From positions 2,048,001 to 2,112,000 of the forward strand of contig CBDFJF010000002.1 in the NCBI GenBank assembly GCA_965248265.1: DNA of 64,000 nt, in the 5' to 3' direction. The stretch is from Candidatus Latescibacterota bacterium (GTDB lineage: Bacteria; Latescibacterota; UBA2968; UBA8231). The notes below the pieces were generated by a model. That model did no database searches and was not told the DNA's origin. It saw only the letters and a list, made by a program, of their open reading frames with translations. Below, piece by piece: positions 46,312 through 56,119 of this stretch (within the stretch, counting starts at the first letter, position 1; each line of letters begins with the position of its first letter). The position numbers were made by a program, and so were the translations under genes.

Positions 46312-46510
46312 AGGAGGTGAGGCGCGCGAAGGAGACCATCTCCTCTCGCGTCGTCCCCCGCCCCGCTTGAACGGTTGGCTCGCAGGCGCGCTCCTGGGCG
46401 CTGGTCTGACGATCAGTTCCTGCGACGGCGAGAAGGCGCCCCTTGCCTCTGGCGGTGAGGAGCGTGGGACTCCGCCGACTGCAGATTTCTCCATTCCGGA
46501 GTATTACTAG
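46308..46510 (+). pseudogene. Possible N-terminal remnant of a second lipoprotein (DUF3179 paralogue-like)
   Basis: WLAGALLGAGLTISSCDGEKAPLASGGE...DFSIPEYY* resembles LYSCGSDETPFQSGGE...GFDIPAE of the upstream gene. No clean in-frame start. Confidence 0.45.
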
Positions 46511-46569
46511 AGCCGCTCGCCCGAGGCCGACACCTCCGCCTGCGGCGCGGACCGCGCTTCCGCCCCCTC

Positions 46570-47664
46570 TCAGTGCCCCCTCCGCTGCCTCCAGATGGCG
46601 GCGATCCTCGCGGCCAGCACGGCTGCGAACCGGTCGCTGCCGCGTTCGGACAGGTGGCAGATGTCGGAGAAGTAGACGCCACGCTTCGGTATCGACTCCT
46701 CCATGTCGATGAAGGCCGCCTCCGGATGCCGGGCGGCCAGGTAGCGGACGACGGCGTTGTGGGCATCGATGCCGGCGACGACGTTGCGCGGGTGTCCCCA
46801 GATTTCGATTGGGGATCGGTCGGTGGAGGAGGCGTAGTCCAGGTCGCCGGAGAGGAAGGCGCTCAACGAGTAGGCGGCCGGCACGTAGTAGGCGAAGGTC
46901 ATCAGGATCGGCGCGGCGCCGTTCCGGGTCGTCCGCGACACGATCTTCTCCAGGTTCGCCCGGAAGGCGCCCATCGTCTTGATGTCGCTTCCGTAGCGGA
47001 CCCACTCCCTCTCGGGCGCGTGCGGGGGCACGTAGCGCGGCTCCAGGAGGACCTGCCGGGCGCGGTGGAACAGGAAATCGAAGGAGAACGGGATGACGGA
47101 CAGGTCCATGGTGGGCAGGTGGCGGTCGGTGAGGTTGCGCATCTCGTACCACACATAGTGCGAATAGTCGGTCCGGTAGAGGTCGGGCGGGCAGTTATTG
47201 GCCCGGACCTCGTTGATCCCATGGTAGACGACGACGACGTCGAAGCGGCGGTCTCCAAGGGGCCTGAGCTTGAGGTAGCTGTCGCGGGTCGTGTGGGCCA
47301 GCCCGGACAGGTTGACGACGCGAAAGTCCGTCACCCCCTCCTCGAACAGGTCCGTCTCCAGGCGCGATGGGATGCCGCCGATGTCCTCCACGAGCACCGA
47401 GCCGCCCAGCAGCAGGATGTCGAAATTGGCGGCCGGCGGCGCGACTTGCTCGAGCTCAGGGTAGGCCTGGCGCACCATGCGTGACGGACGCAGGAACTCC
47501 CCCTCGTGAAAGACGGCGAAGTAGGCCCTCAGCGAAGCCTCGACCAGCAGGACCAGGAGGACCAGATAGACCAACACGAAAACGGGGACAGAGGCGGCGC
47601 GCGATGAAGTCCAGGTCACGGCACAGGGATCCGGAAGGGATGGCGGACGGCACGGCTCACGCAA
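46570..47664 (-). CDS. Membrane-anchored SGNH/GDSL-like protein (start uncertain)
   Basis: TM segment, ILLLGGSV, VVYHGINE, FSDICHLSERG. Confidence 0.8.
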   Translation of the reverse strand: MREPCRPPSLPDPCAVTWTSSRAASVPVFVLVYLVLLVLLVEASLRAYFAVFHEGEFLRPSRMVRQAYPELEQVAPPAANFDILLLGGSVLVEDIGGIPSRLETDLFEEGVTDFRVVNLSGLAHTTRDSYLKLRPLGDRRFDVVVVYHGINEVRANNCPPDLYRTDYSHYVWYEMRNLTDRHLPTMDLSVIPFSFDFLFHRARQVLLEPRYVPPHAPEREWVRYGSDIKTMGAFRANLEKIVSRTTRNGAAPILMTFAYYVPAAYSLSAFLSGDLDYASSTDRSPIEIWGHPRNVVAGIDAHNAVVRYLAARHPEAAFIDMEESIPKRGVYFSDICHLSERGSDRFAAVLAARIAAIWRQRRGH

Positions 47665-47866
47665 GGCAGCCGTCGGAGGAAGTGCCGTCAGAGTATAGGG
47701 GTTTTCGGTCCCCTGGGCAGCGTCGCCACGACCGGAGGGATGGTCTTCCTACTCATGGAAGGCGTCTTCAGATGGATTCGCATACAATAAGCACAGCGGT
47801 TTCAAGGACACCTGCTCCGTCCCACACCCCTCGCGGACCGCGCCGACCAGCGCGGCGTTCCGATGC

Positions 47867-47896
47867 TTGACAACCGTCATCCGGCCGCGCCATATT
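47867..47896 (+). promoter_or_regulatory. Putative sigma70 promoter
   Basis: TTGACA-N18-CATATT upstream of 47953. Confidence 0.4.
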
Positions 47897-47952
47897 GCCC
47901 TGCGCAAGCCCGCCTGTGTAACGCCAAATAACCACGCCCGTCAGCGGACCGG

Positions 47953-50900
47953 ATGCCTATGGAAAGCCGCGGACCCGCCATCGGCGGGCGTGTCGGCGTA
48001 GCACCGCCGATCGTCTACCTGCTCTTCTTCCTCTCCGGCTTCACGGCCCTCGTGTTCGAGATTCTGTGGAGCCGCCAGTTCGTCACCGTCTTCGGCAACA
48101 GCTCCTATTCCATCAGTGTGGTGCTGTGCGCCTATATGGCGGGGCTGGGGTTCGGCAGCTGGCTGGGTGGGCGGCTGGCCGACCAAACCCGGCGGTGGCT
48201 GCTCCTCTATGCCGGCATCGAGGCGGCGGTGGGGCTGTGGGCGCTGCTGATCCCACTGGTGCTGGACGGGCTGCGCCGGTGGGTACCCGAAGTCAGCCTG
48301 CTGGCCCCCGACCAGTCCCTGCTGGTCTCCAGCTCCCTCCGCTTCCTCATCTCCCTGATCACGCTGTTCCTGCCCTGCACGCTGATGGGGGCCACCCTGC
48401 CGTTGCTGGTGCGCTTCTGCAGCGAAGGCCGCAGCGAGGTGGGACCCGTTGTCGGCACCCTCTACGGCATCAACACGGTGGGGGCCGCTCTGGGCTGTTT
48501 CGTCGCCGGCTACTGGATGCTGGAGGCTTTCGGCATTGCCACCACGAACCGCACCGCGGCGGGCGTCGACCTGCTGCTTGCGGTGGCGGCCGCCGCTCTC
48601 GCCTTCAAGCTCGGTCCCGCGCCTGAGACCTCCGGGGAGCAACCGCGCACGGGTCCGCCGGAGGAGAGCGAGGTCCCGGCCGCGTCACACCCGCGACGCG
48701 TGCTGCCATGGGTCGCGTTCGCTACCGGATTGGCGGGACTGTCCTGCGAGGTGTTGTGGACCCGTTACCTGGTGTTCTTCAACAACGTCCACTACGTGTT
48801 CACGACCATCCTGGTGCTCTTTCTGCTGGGGCTGGGCCTCGGCAGCCTGTTCTACCGGCTGCTGCTGGCCAGGCGGACCGATCCGCTCAAGCTTCTGTCC
48901 CGGATGCTGCTGCTGCTGGCCGCGGCCGTACCAGCCTGCTTCGCGCTGGGTGCTTTCCTGTATTCCTCCGGGCACTTGTCGCTGGATCGCTATTGTGTCA
49001 AGGCGGCCGCCGTCACCATGGCGGTGCCTACGGTTTTGATGGGCGCGGTGTTCCCGGTGATCTGCGCCGCGTACGGCCCCGAACTGAGGCGCGCAGGCCG
49101 CGGGGTCGGCACCCTCGCGGCCCTGAACACGGCCGGGGCCGTGGTAGGCGCCCTGCTGCCGGCATTCGCGTTCGTCCCCCTCCTCGGAGTCCACCACAGC
49201 ATCCTGCTCATGAGCGGCCTCTACCTCGCCATGGGGCTGATCCTGACCCCGATGGCCGCTCCCGGTCGGAAGCAGTGGGTGCCTTCCGGAGCGCTGGGCG
49301 CCCTGGCGGTCCTCGTCATCGCCGTGTCGGCGCCTGCCGACCTCGTGCGCGGCGTCTTCCTGCAACGCACTGCGCGTCTGCCAGTCGACCCGGAGATCAC
49401 GTTCTGGCAGGAGGGCCGTACGGCCACCTCCGTGGTGATTCGCGACCGGAACACCCAACAGAAGTGGATCTTCATCAACGGCAACGCCGAGGTCCCCACC
49501 ACCCTCGCCTCCCTGTCCTGCTTCAAGCTGCTGGGTACTCTCGGCCCGCTGCTGCACCCCGATCCGCAAGACGCATTCATCATCGCGGTCGGGGGCGGCA
49601 TCGCCGCCGGCGCCACGCTGCAGCATCCCGACGTGGAGTCGGTGGAGATCGTCGACATCGAGGAGGCCGTGATCGAAGCCGCACGCCAGATGGGGGAGTT
49701 CAACCACGACTTGCTCGACGACTCGCGGGTCGAGGTGGTGATCAACGACGGACGAAACCAGCTGCTGATGTCGCAGCGCAAGTGGCCGGTCATCATCTGC
49801 GACTCTACCCATCCGAAGGCCTCTGACAGCTGGGTGCTCTACACCCAGGAGTTCTACAGGCTGGTGCACGAGCACCTGGACGAGGGCGGGGTCTTCGTGC
49901 AGTGGCTGCCGACTCACGGACTGAGCGTGCCGGAGGTCCAAAGCATCGTAGCGACCTTCCAGTCTGTGTTCCCCCACGCCAGTGCGTGGATCAGTGCCGC
50001 AGCCGGCAATCGGGGGGGCACCGAGTTCTACCTCCTGCTGGTAGCTACCCAGGACAGGCTGCAGATCGACGTCGAGGACCTCGGGCGCCAGCTCGACGCT
50101 CCGGCCCTGCGCGCCGACCTGCGGCCCTACGGCCTGGCCGAACCGTTCGGTCTGCTGACCAGTTTCCTGGCAGGAGAAGAGATGCTGGAGAGCTGGGCAA
50201 AGGACGCGCCGCTGAATACGGACGATCTGCCCTGGACCTACTACGACACCGGGCCGTCGAAGATCGTTCCTGCCGACCTGAGCGCCATAGCGTCCTTGCT
50301 GCAGAGTCCGGCTCCCTACCTGGAGAGCGCCGACACGGAGCTGGTGGCGCAGCTGGATCGCACGGTCGAGATACGCCAGCTCGCGTGGCGGATCAATCGG
50401 GGTGGGCAGCTGACGGAGACGGACATGCGGAGCGTGCTGCAGATTGCCGAGCTTCTGGGCGACGAACCGGACGCGCTCAACCAGCTCGCCGCCGACATGG
50501 CCAAGTTGCGCGGGGGTGCCGCGGTGGCGACCCGGATCTACCGGAATGTGATCGAGATCGATCCGGAGAATCCGGGAGCGCACAAGGGGCTCGGTCACCT
50601 GTACCAGAGGATGAACAAGATAGAGGAGGCGCTGGAGCAGTTTCGCAGCGCAGTCGAAATCTCACCCGACGACGTCGAAGCCAACGTCGGCCTCGAGGCC
50701 TGCCTCCGGCGGCGGGGCACGCTCACCGACGCTGAGAGCTACTACAGGTCTGCGATCGAGAGCCGTCCGGACCACACGGGTTTCCACTACGGCCTGGGGA
50801 CCATCCTCGCCCGGAGCCAGAAACTGGAAGAGGCGGCGGCGGAGTTCCGCCGGGCGGTGGAGTTGCAGCCGCGCTGGACCGTTCCCCGTTACAGCCTGGC

Positions 50901-51039
50901 CGTGGCCCTTGTCCAGGCAGGACAGCCGGCGGAGGCGATAGATCACCTGCAGAAGGTGCTCGAGATCGAGCCGGAGCACGAGCCGTCGCGGCGGGTCCTG
51001 AGCGCTCTGCTGGCCAGGGGCAATCGCCCCCCACCCTGA
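47953..51039 (+). CDS. Fused membrane (MFS-like)/spermidine-synthase-like protein with C-terminal TPRs
   Basis: LFFLSGFTALVFEILW, LMGATLPLL, LYGINTVGA, GGGIAAG, NDGRN, LYTQEFY, LNTDDLP, followed by TPR repeats. Confidence 0.9.
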   Translation: MPMESRGPAIGGRVGVAPPIVYLLFFLSGFTALVFEILWSRQFVTVFGNSSYSISVVLCAYMAGLGFGSWLGGRLADQTRRWLLLYAGIEAAVGLWALLIPLVLDGLRRWVPEVSLLAPDQSLLVSSSLRFLISLITLFLPCTLMGATLPLLVRFCSEGRSEVGPVVGTLYGINTVGAALGCFVAGYWMLEAFGIATTNRTAAGVDLLLAVAAAALAFKLGPAPETSGEQPRTGPPEESEVPAASHPRRVLPWVAFATGLAGLSCEVLWTRYLVFFNNVHYVFTTILVLFLLGLGLGSLFYRLLLARRTDPLKLLSRMLLLLAAAVPACFALGAFLYSSGHLSLDRYCVKAAAVTMAVPTVLMGAVFPVICAAYGPELRRAGRGVGTLAALNTAGAVVGALLPAFAFVPLLGVHHSILLMSGLYLAMGLILTPMAAPGRKQWVPSGALGALAVLVIAVSAPADLVRGVFLQRTARLPVDPEITFWQEGRTATSVVIRDRNTQQKWIFINGNAEVPTTLASLSCFKLLGTLGPLLHPDPQDAFIIAVGGGIAAGATLQHPDVESVEIVDIEEAVIEAARQMGEFNHDLLDDSRVEVVINDGRNQLLMSQRKWPVIICDSTHPKASDSWVLYTQEFYRLVHEHLDEGGVFVQWLPTHGLSVPEVQSIVATFQSVFPHASAWISAAAGNRGGTEFYLLLVATQDRLQIDVEDLGRQLDAPALRADLRPYGLAEPFGLLTSFLAGEEMLESWAKDAPLNTDDLPWTYYDTGPSKIVPADLSAIASLLQSPAPYLESADTELVAQLDRTVEIRQLAWRINRGGQLTETDMRSVLQIAELLGDEPDALNQLAADMAKLRGGAAVATRIYRNVIEIDPENPGAHKGLGHLYQRMNKIEEALEQFRSAVEISPDDVEANVGLEACLRRRGTLTDAESYYRSAIESRPDHTGFHYGLGTILARSQKLEEAAAEFRRAVELQPRWTVPRYSLAVALVQAGQPAEAIDHLQKVLEIEPEHEPSRRVLSALLARGNRPPP

Positions 51040-51088
51040 GGAGCACAGAGGACAGGACTTGCTGCGTTACGACACGCTCGGCAGCCGG

Positions 51089-52750
51089 CTATGAGCCCGG
51101 TTCGGGGCGACGCGGCGACGGGCTCTTCTCCCCGAAGGTCATGAGGAAGCGCGTCTCGCCCTGTGGTCCCTGGCGCAGCCAGAGCCCTGGATCGCCGGGG
51201 CCATACTCCTGGCCTTCGCGCCGCAGGCGGGCGTGGAAGAACCCGCCAGGCTGGGGTGTCAGGCCCTCGGGCAGCTCGGTCCATGTGCCCAGGACGACGG
51301 TTTCGCGGAGGGCAAGGTCGCCTTCGATGGTCCCCCCGCCTCCAGTGCCGGAGAAATCACCGACTGCGTGCCCCGAGTGGACCGTCAGGTCCAGGACGGT
51401 CTCCCAGCTCTCCCCCACCTGGACCTGCCACCGGCCTGCGAACAGGCTCCCACTGTAATCGGAGTAGCTCCGCACCTCGTCTATGATGCCCCACGGCTCG
51501 CAGGCCCTGGGGTAGCGGATGCAGAAGTCGCGCGCGTTGGCCCGCAGCACCTCCGTCTCCTTGGTGGGCCTGCTATCGGGGGAGTAGGGGTAGTCGAAGT
51601 AGGCCTCTCGAGCAGGACCCTTGAGGTTGGGGAGGATGGAGATGAACAGCAGGACGTAGGCGCCGATGTGGAAGAAGCGGCTCTTGAAGAAAGCCCGCGG
51701 CGTTGCCCAGGGGATGAGGGCATCCACCCTGACGTCGATCCTGGCGGCCACGCGCTCGAACGTCGGGACCAGCAGGTTGACAAGGAGCACGGGGAAGATC
51801 TTGTCGTAGTAGCTGACCTCGCCGAAGGCGCGCAGCAGCATGTAGGTCCCCACGATCGCGGTGCCCCAGGTCAGTCCGAAGAGGAACTTGCCCGTTTTGG
51901 ACCCGGGCGAGGTCGCGGGGTCCGTGGCCAGGAGGTTCAGGCCCAGGAACACGTTGATGTGGAAGATCCGGTGGGAGAACGGGGCACCCAGCAGCGACTC
52001 CGCACCGAAGAAGATCACGGTTAGCGCGAGGACGGCACCCAGGGTCACCTGGGTGGTGCGGAACAGGACCTGGACCATCAGGCCGAAGACGAACATGAAC
52101 TCGAAGAAGCTCGGGGGGAACTCGTAGGAGTTCACGAGGTTGACTCCGGTCGTCGCCGCGAGGGAGTCCGTCACGATCAGGAAAAAGCCAGCGAGGCTGA
52201 GGACGATGGCGGAGGGATTAAAGATGTGCCTGGAACGTCCGTCCCGATTCCAGCGGATGAAATCCTTCGTTAAGAACGCCACGGCGACCATCAAGAGCTG
52301 GCAGTAGAAGAACTCGGGCTTGAACCACAGGAACAGGTTGATGCTCCCGATGATCGGGAAGGGACCGAAGCCCATGCTCCAGGTGCGCCCTCGCGACCAG
52401 GCGAGGAGCATGTCGAACAGATAGGCGAAGACCAGTTGGATCAGCACCAGGGGGACATACTCGTAGACGGGGGCGTAGTAGAGACCCCAGTAGACGTAGT
52501 GCGACCCCTGCGTGAACCCCTGGAAGTAATGCGACGCTATGACCCGGAGGTCCGTGTCCAGTGGTCGCCCCCGCCGGAAGTGCTGCCACCAGACGACGCC
52601 CTGCCAGACGAGCAGGATTGCGCCCAGACCGGCGATCGAGTAGACGAGCACCGGCTCTCCTTCCCCGCTGGCCCAGATGATGGCTGCGGCGAGCAGTCCG
52701 TTCAGTACGAGGGCTCCGGTCAGGGCCATCTTTCGGGAGTGTTCGATCAT
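51089..52750 (-). CDS. RnfD/NqrB-like (UnbU-like) membrane protein
   Basis: Multiple TM segments with HIFNPS and LATDPATSP motifs typical of RnfD/NqrB-related proteins. Confidence 0.65.
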   Translation of the reverse strand: MIEHSRKMALTGALVLNGLLAAAIIWASGEGEPVLVYSIAGLGAILLVWQGVVWWQHFRRGRPLDTDLRVIASHYFQGFTQGSHYVYWGLYYAPVYEYVPLVLIQLVFAYLFDMLLAWSRGRTWSMGFGPFPIIGSINLFLWFKPEFFYCQLLMVAVAFLTKDFIRWNRDGRSRHIFNPSAIVLSLAGFFLIVTDSLAATTGVNLVNSYEFPPSFFEFMFVFGLMVQVLFRTTQVTLGAVLALTVIFFGAESLLGAPFSHRIFHINVFLGLNLLATDPATSPGSKTGKFLFGLTWGTAIVGTYMLLRAFGEVSYYDKIFPVLLVNLLVPTFERVAARIDVRVDALIPWATPRAFFKSRFFHIGAYVLLFISILPNLKGPAREAYFDYPYSPDSRPTKETEVLRANARDFCIRYPRACEPWGIIDEVRSYSDYSGSLFAGRWQVQVGESWETVLDLTVHSGHAVGDFSGTGGGGTIEGDLALRETVVLGTWTELPEGLTPQPGGFFHARLRREGQEYGPGDPGLWLRQGPQGETRFLMTFGEKSPSPRRPEPGS

Positions 52751-52864
52751 GGGTCTCCGGCTCGTCTCGAGAGGCGGCTCGTTTTGAGCCCGCTCACGGC
52801 GGACATATGGTCTGTGGACAGAGGAGGTATAAAGCGACCTACCGGCAGTTTGTCAAGGTCGAGG

Positions 52865-54433
52865 TCAGGGCCGCCGAGAATCCGCTCTCACCCACTCTGT
52901 AATCAGCCTGCTCAACTCCCCGCGGATGCCAGGGTGGGGATCCAGTGCGAGGACCCGTCTGAAGACAGCTACGGCCTCCTCCTTCCTGTCCTGCCGCCAC
53001 AGGATGATCCCCAGCAGGTAGTTGGCATCCACCGAGTCGGGGAACGCCACCAGCTCTTTCTGGATGGCTTCCCGGGCGGCATCCAGCCGCCCCCACTGGA
53101 TGTAGATGAGGGCCAGGTTGTAATGGAGCAGCTGGAGAGCCTGATAAGGTGGAGCCAGCTGGGCAGCCGCTCGATACGCCCTCTCCGCCCGGCTCAGATC
53201 GCCCTCCAGGTGGTAGGCGATTCCCAGCTTCAAATGGGCGTTGGGCAGCTTCGGAGACGCCGCCACCGCTGCCAGCGAAAAAGCCTTGCGGTCAGCATAG
53301 GCCGCGGAGTAAGACCAGCTTCCGACGAAGAGTCCGACGCCGGCGGCGATCGCCACGGCCGCCACGACCCTGCGCGCCCGAGGCCACGCTTCCCACAGTC
53401 GCGAAACCGCCGCCACCAGCGCCACGAAGAGACAGCAGGCGGGCAAGTATGCCCGCGTCTCGAGGACGAGCCGCTCCGAAGCGAGAAGGGTCGGCGCCAG
53501 AAAGAGGAAGAAGCAGGCCCCGCCCCAGAGGAAGAGCCGCCGCCGCTCTCCCTGCAGGACCCAGGCGACGCCCCCAAGACAGACAAGCCCCAGGAGTCCG
53601 GGAACCCACGAGGTTTCCTCCCTGTCCGCCAGCACGGCCAGGTCGACGGGGGCGAGGAGCTTTCCCAGGTGCATGAGGGGAACGAGTCCATCGCTCAATG
53701 CCACCCCGTGCGATCGCAGCGCCAGGGGGTCCACGTTGCCGATGACGGCCGAGCGCAGGAGAGCCCAGGCGCCGGCGATCACCAGCCAACCGATCCAGAG
53801 TGCCGGCCACCGCATCGTCGACCACGCGCGCCGGCTCCACAGGAGGAGGGCGCCGGCCACTGGGACGAGGACGGCCGTCTCCTTGCACAGTAGCGCCAGT
53901 CCCCAGAGGCACAAGTGGCCGGCCAGCAGCGACCAGCGAGGCCGGTCACCCATGCGCACCAACGCGACCAGGGCGGCCAGAGAAAAGACGGCCAGCAGGC
54001 TGTCGAATCTGCCCGGTATCCAGGCCACGGTCTGGCAGAGGGCAGGATGAACTACGAAAAGGAGCGTGCCCGCCCATGCCGTCGGCCACTCCAGGGCAAG
54101 CGAGCGCAGCAGCGCAAAGAGGAGAAGAGCCGCAGCGACGTGGCAGAGTAGATTGGTGAGGTGAAAGGGAAGGGCGCTCCTCGACCCCTGCCACTGCGCA
54201 TCGAGAACGAAGGTCGCCGTCACCAGCGGGCGGTAGTACACGGCGTCGCTGACCATCGGTTGGCCGAAGGCGGCGGCGATGTAACTGAGGTCCTGGAGCC
54301 TGGTCCCCTGGTCTTCGATGAGCGTCGTGTCGTCGGTGCCGGTGAAGGCAAAACCCAGGCTGCGCCCGTAGAGGCCCGCGGCGAGGACCACCACGCTGCA
54401 CAGCAGGACCGTCAGCCGAGTCCGGGCTTCCAT
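52865..54433 (-). CDS. TMTC-like GT-C glycosyltransferase (protein O-mannosyltransferase-like) with TPRs
   Basis: GTDD, YYRPL, FHLTNLLCH, VHPALCQTVAWIPGR, LLCKETA, RAYLP, C-terminal TPRs. Start at ATG 54433. Confidence 0.85.
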   Translation of the reverse strand: MEARTRLTVLLCSVVVLAAGLYGRSLGFAFTGTDDTTLIEDQGTRLQDLSYIAAAFGQPMVSDAVYYRPLVTATFVLDAQWQGSRSALPFHLTNLLCHVAAALLLFALLRSLALEWPTAWAGTLLFVVHPALCQTVAWIPGRFDSLLAVFSLAALVALVRMGDRPRWSLLAGHLCLWGLALLCKETAVLVPVAGALLLWSRRAWSTMRWPALWIGWLVIAGAWALLRSAVIGNVDPLALRSHGVALSDGLVPLMHLGKLLAPVDLAVLADREETSWVPGLLGLVCLGGVAWVLQGERRRLFLWGGACFFLFLAPTLLASERLVLETRAYLPACCLFVALVAAVSRLWEAWPRARRVVAAVAIAAGVGLFVGSWSYSAAYADRKAFSLAAVAASPKLPNAHLKLGIAYHLEGDLSRAERAYRAAAQLAPPYQALQLLHYNLALIYIQWGRLDAAREAIQKELVAFPDSVDANYLLGIILWRQDRKEEAVAVFRRVLALDPHPGIRGELSRLITEWVRADSRRP

Positions 54434-54440
54434 CCCCCGC

Positions 54441-55562
54441 CTACTGCTGTCCGCCCAGGCGGGCGGCGATCTGGCGGGCCGCCAGGGCATGCCCGGCGGG
54501 GTTCCAATGGCTGTCCCGATAATAGAGGGGCTGGCGCTGGGCCTTTTCTTTAAAGACGGGGTACAGGTCGAGGAAATCGATCCCGTAGCGCTCGGCGATG
54601 GCTCCGAGCCGCTTGTTCGGCTTGAGCAGGTCGTAGCGACCCACCAGGTCGCGCAGCTTGGGGGCCCACTCCTCGGCCTCGACCTGGACGATGGCCGGCA
54701 CATAGACCAGCATGAAACGGGCGCCGCTCTTTTCGACTGCCGTCTTGAAAGCCGCCAGCAGGATGCCGCTGGCTTCCCATGCACGTTCGTAGCGCCCTTC
54801 GGCGTCCAGCCCGTAGAGGGCGTCGTAGAACTGACCCTGTTGTTCGCCGCTCATCTGGGGCGTCAGAGCTTTGCGGGCAAGAACGTAGAGGTGCCATTGC
54901 TGGGTGAGGTAGTGCTGGAGCCGAAGGTCCCAGGACTCCTTCTCCCAATAGTCCTTGTCCCAGTACCGCGTCCTGGGTACCGGCACCCCTTTCAGGCGCA
55001 GGCGGCCGCCCGCGGCGAAGGAGAAATGAGGCTTGTAGCCCTGCTCGGTGCCGATGCCCCAGTCGGAGACATTATTCCACAGGTCGTTGGCGTAGTAGCA
55101 GACCACGACGCAGTCGGGGTGGAAAGCCGCGCCCTCCTTCTGGAAGAGCAGCATCTCCTGGTCCGTACCGTAGCCGGCCACGCCGAAATTGAGCACCTGG
55201 TCTCCCGCCAGGATCTGCCGCAACCGGCCGGAGACCGTCTGTTCCACCTCGACGCCCCAACCTTCGACGAAGGAGTCGCCGAAAACCAGCAGCCGCTCTC
55301 CGGCCTCCGGCGGCTCGGGGGGGACGGGCCTGTCGCGCAGTCCCGCCGCATTGATCCGGTACTCCACGTCGAATTCGGGGCCGATCTGCCGCCCGGCCGC
55401 GCCGACGATGTGCGCCCACCCCAACAGCTCGTCGTAGCGCCAGACCGGCGGCCGCTGCGAAAGCTGCGGCCAGAAGGCCGCCAGGAGCCCTTCGCCGGCC
55501 AACAGCCCCACCACCAATCCACCCAGCACCAGCAGAGCAGAAGCACCGCGCACCCGATTCAC
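54441..55562 (-). CDS. SGNH/GDSL hydrolase-family protein (AlgX/AlgJ-like)
   Basis: INAAGLRD, FGDSFVEG, NFGVAGYGTDQ, YANDL, DSHWNPAGH. Confidence 0.9.
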   Translation of the reverse strand: MNRVRGASALLVLGGLVVGLLAGEGLLAAFWPQLSQRPPVWRYDELLGWAHIVGAAGRQIGPEFDVEYRINAAGLRDRPVPPEPPEAGERLLVFGDSFVEGWGVEVEQTVSGRLRQILAGDQVLNFGVAGYGTDQEMLLFQKEGAAFHPDCVVVCYYANDLWNNVSDWGIGTEQGYKPHFSFAAGGRLRLKGVPVPRTRYWDKDYWEKESWDLRLQHYLTQQWHLYVLARKALTPQMSGEQQGQFYDALYGLDAEGRYERAWEASGILLAAFKTAVEKSGARFMLVYVPAIVQVEAEEWAPKLRDLVGRYDLLKPNKRLGAIAERYGIDFLDLYPVFKEKAQRQPLYYRDSHWNPAGHALAARQIAARLGGQQ

Positions 55563-55969
55563 CTCCGACCGATCGCGTTGACGAATGCGGGGATACTATG
55601 CGCTGTGCCCTGGCAAGGTCAAGGGGAGGTGCTCTGCGCTATAGTCCGGACCGCAGAGACGATCACTCGGTAACGCCCGGCCGCCAGGGGCTCGTCCACG
55701 AGCAGGTGGACGAGCTGCCCGAGGGAGTTGTGGATCGACAGCCGCGCGGGTCCGGCGGTTGCCACCGTGAAGTGGAGGACGGGGTTGAGGGGCGATATTA
55801 CAGTTGCGAAGGGAACCCGCCCTTTGTACAGTCGGACAAGACTCGTGCGGAGAGTTTCGTCTGCGCCGGCAGAGGCGCGATGGAGGGCCAGGAGAAGCGG
55901 GTTGGCGCGCGCTGTGATCGTCTGCCTATTTTCAGCCGCGTGATCGAGACGGGGGATGCGCCAGGGAGG

Positions 55970-56110
55970 ATGATGGCTTTAGGTGTCGTGCTGAACGGAA
56001 CGGTGAACAGGTCCAGCGAACACTGGATCGACTACCTGCGGGTAGATCTTTGCGAGGAGTCCCTTGTCGCCCCGGAGGCCCCCATGCCTCCTTCCCGGGC
56101 ACGGCACTGA
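55970..56110 (+). pseudogene. Truncated paralogue of the 38982 hypothetical gene
   Basis: GGGAGG RBS, then MMALGVVLNGTVNRSSEHWIDYLRV versus MIEGLEKKGTVRWSGEHWISYLRR. Confidence 0.6.
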
Positions 56111-56119
56111 GAGTCCGCG

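Noticed and set aside
48685-50598. Long antisense or alternate-frame ORFs (also 41791-43194, 52436-53893, 55979-57859, 59316-60749, 61925-63256)
   Set aside because: Expected stop-poor shadows in high-GC coding DNA, overlapping well-supported genes.
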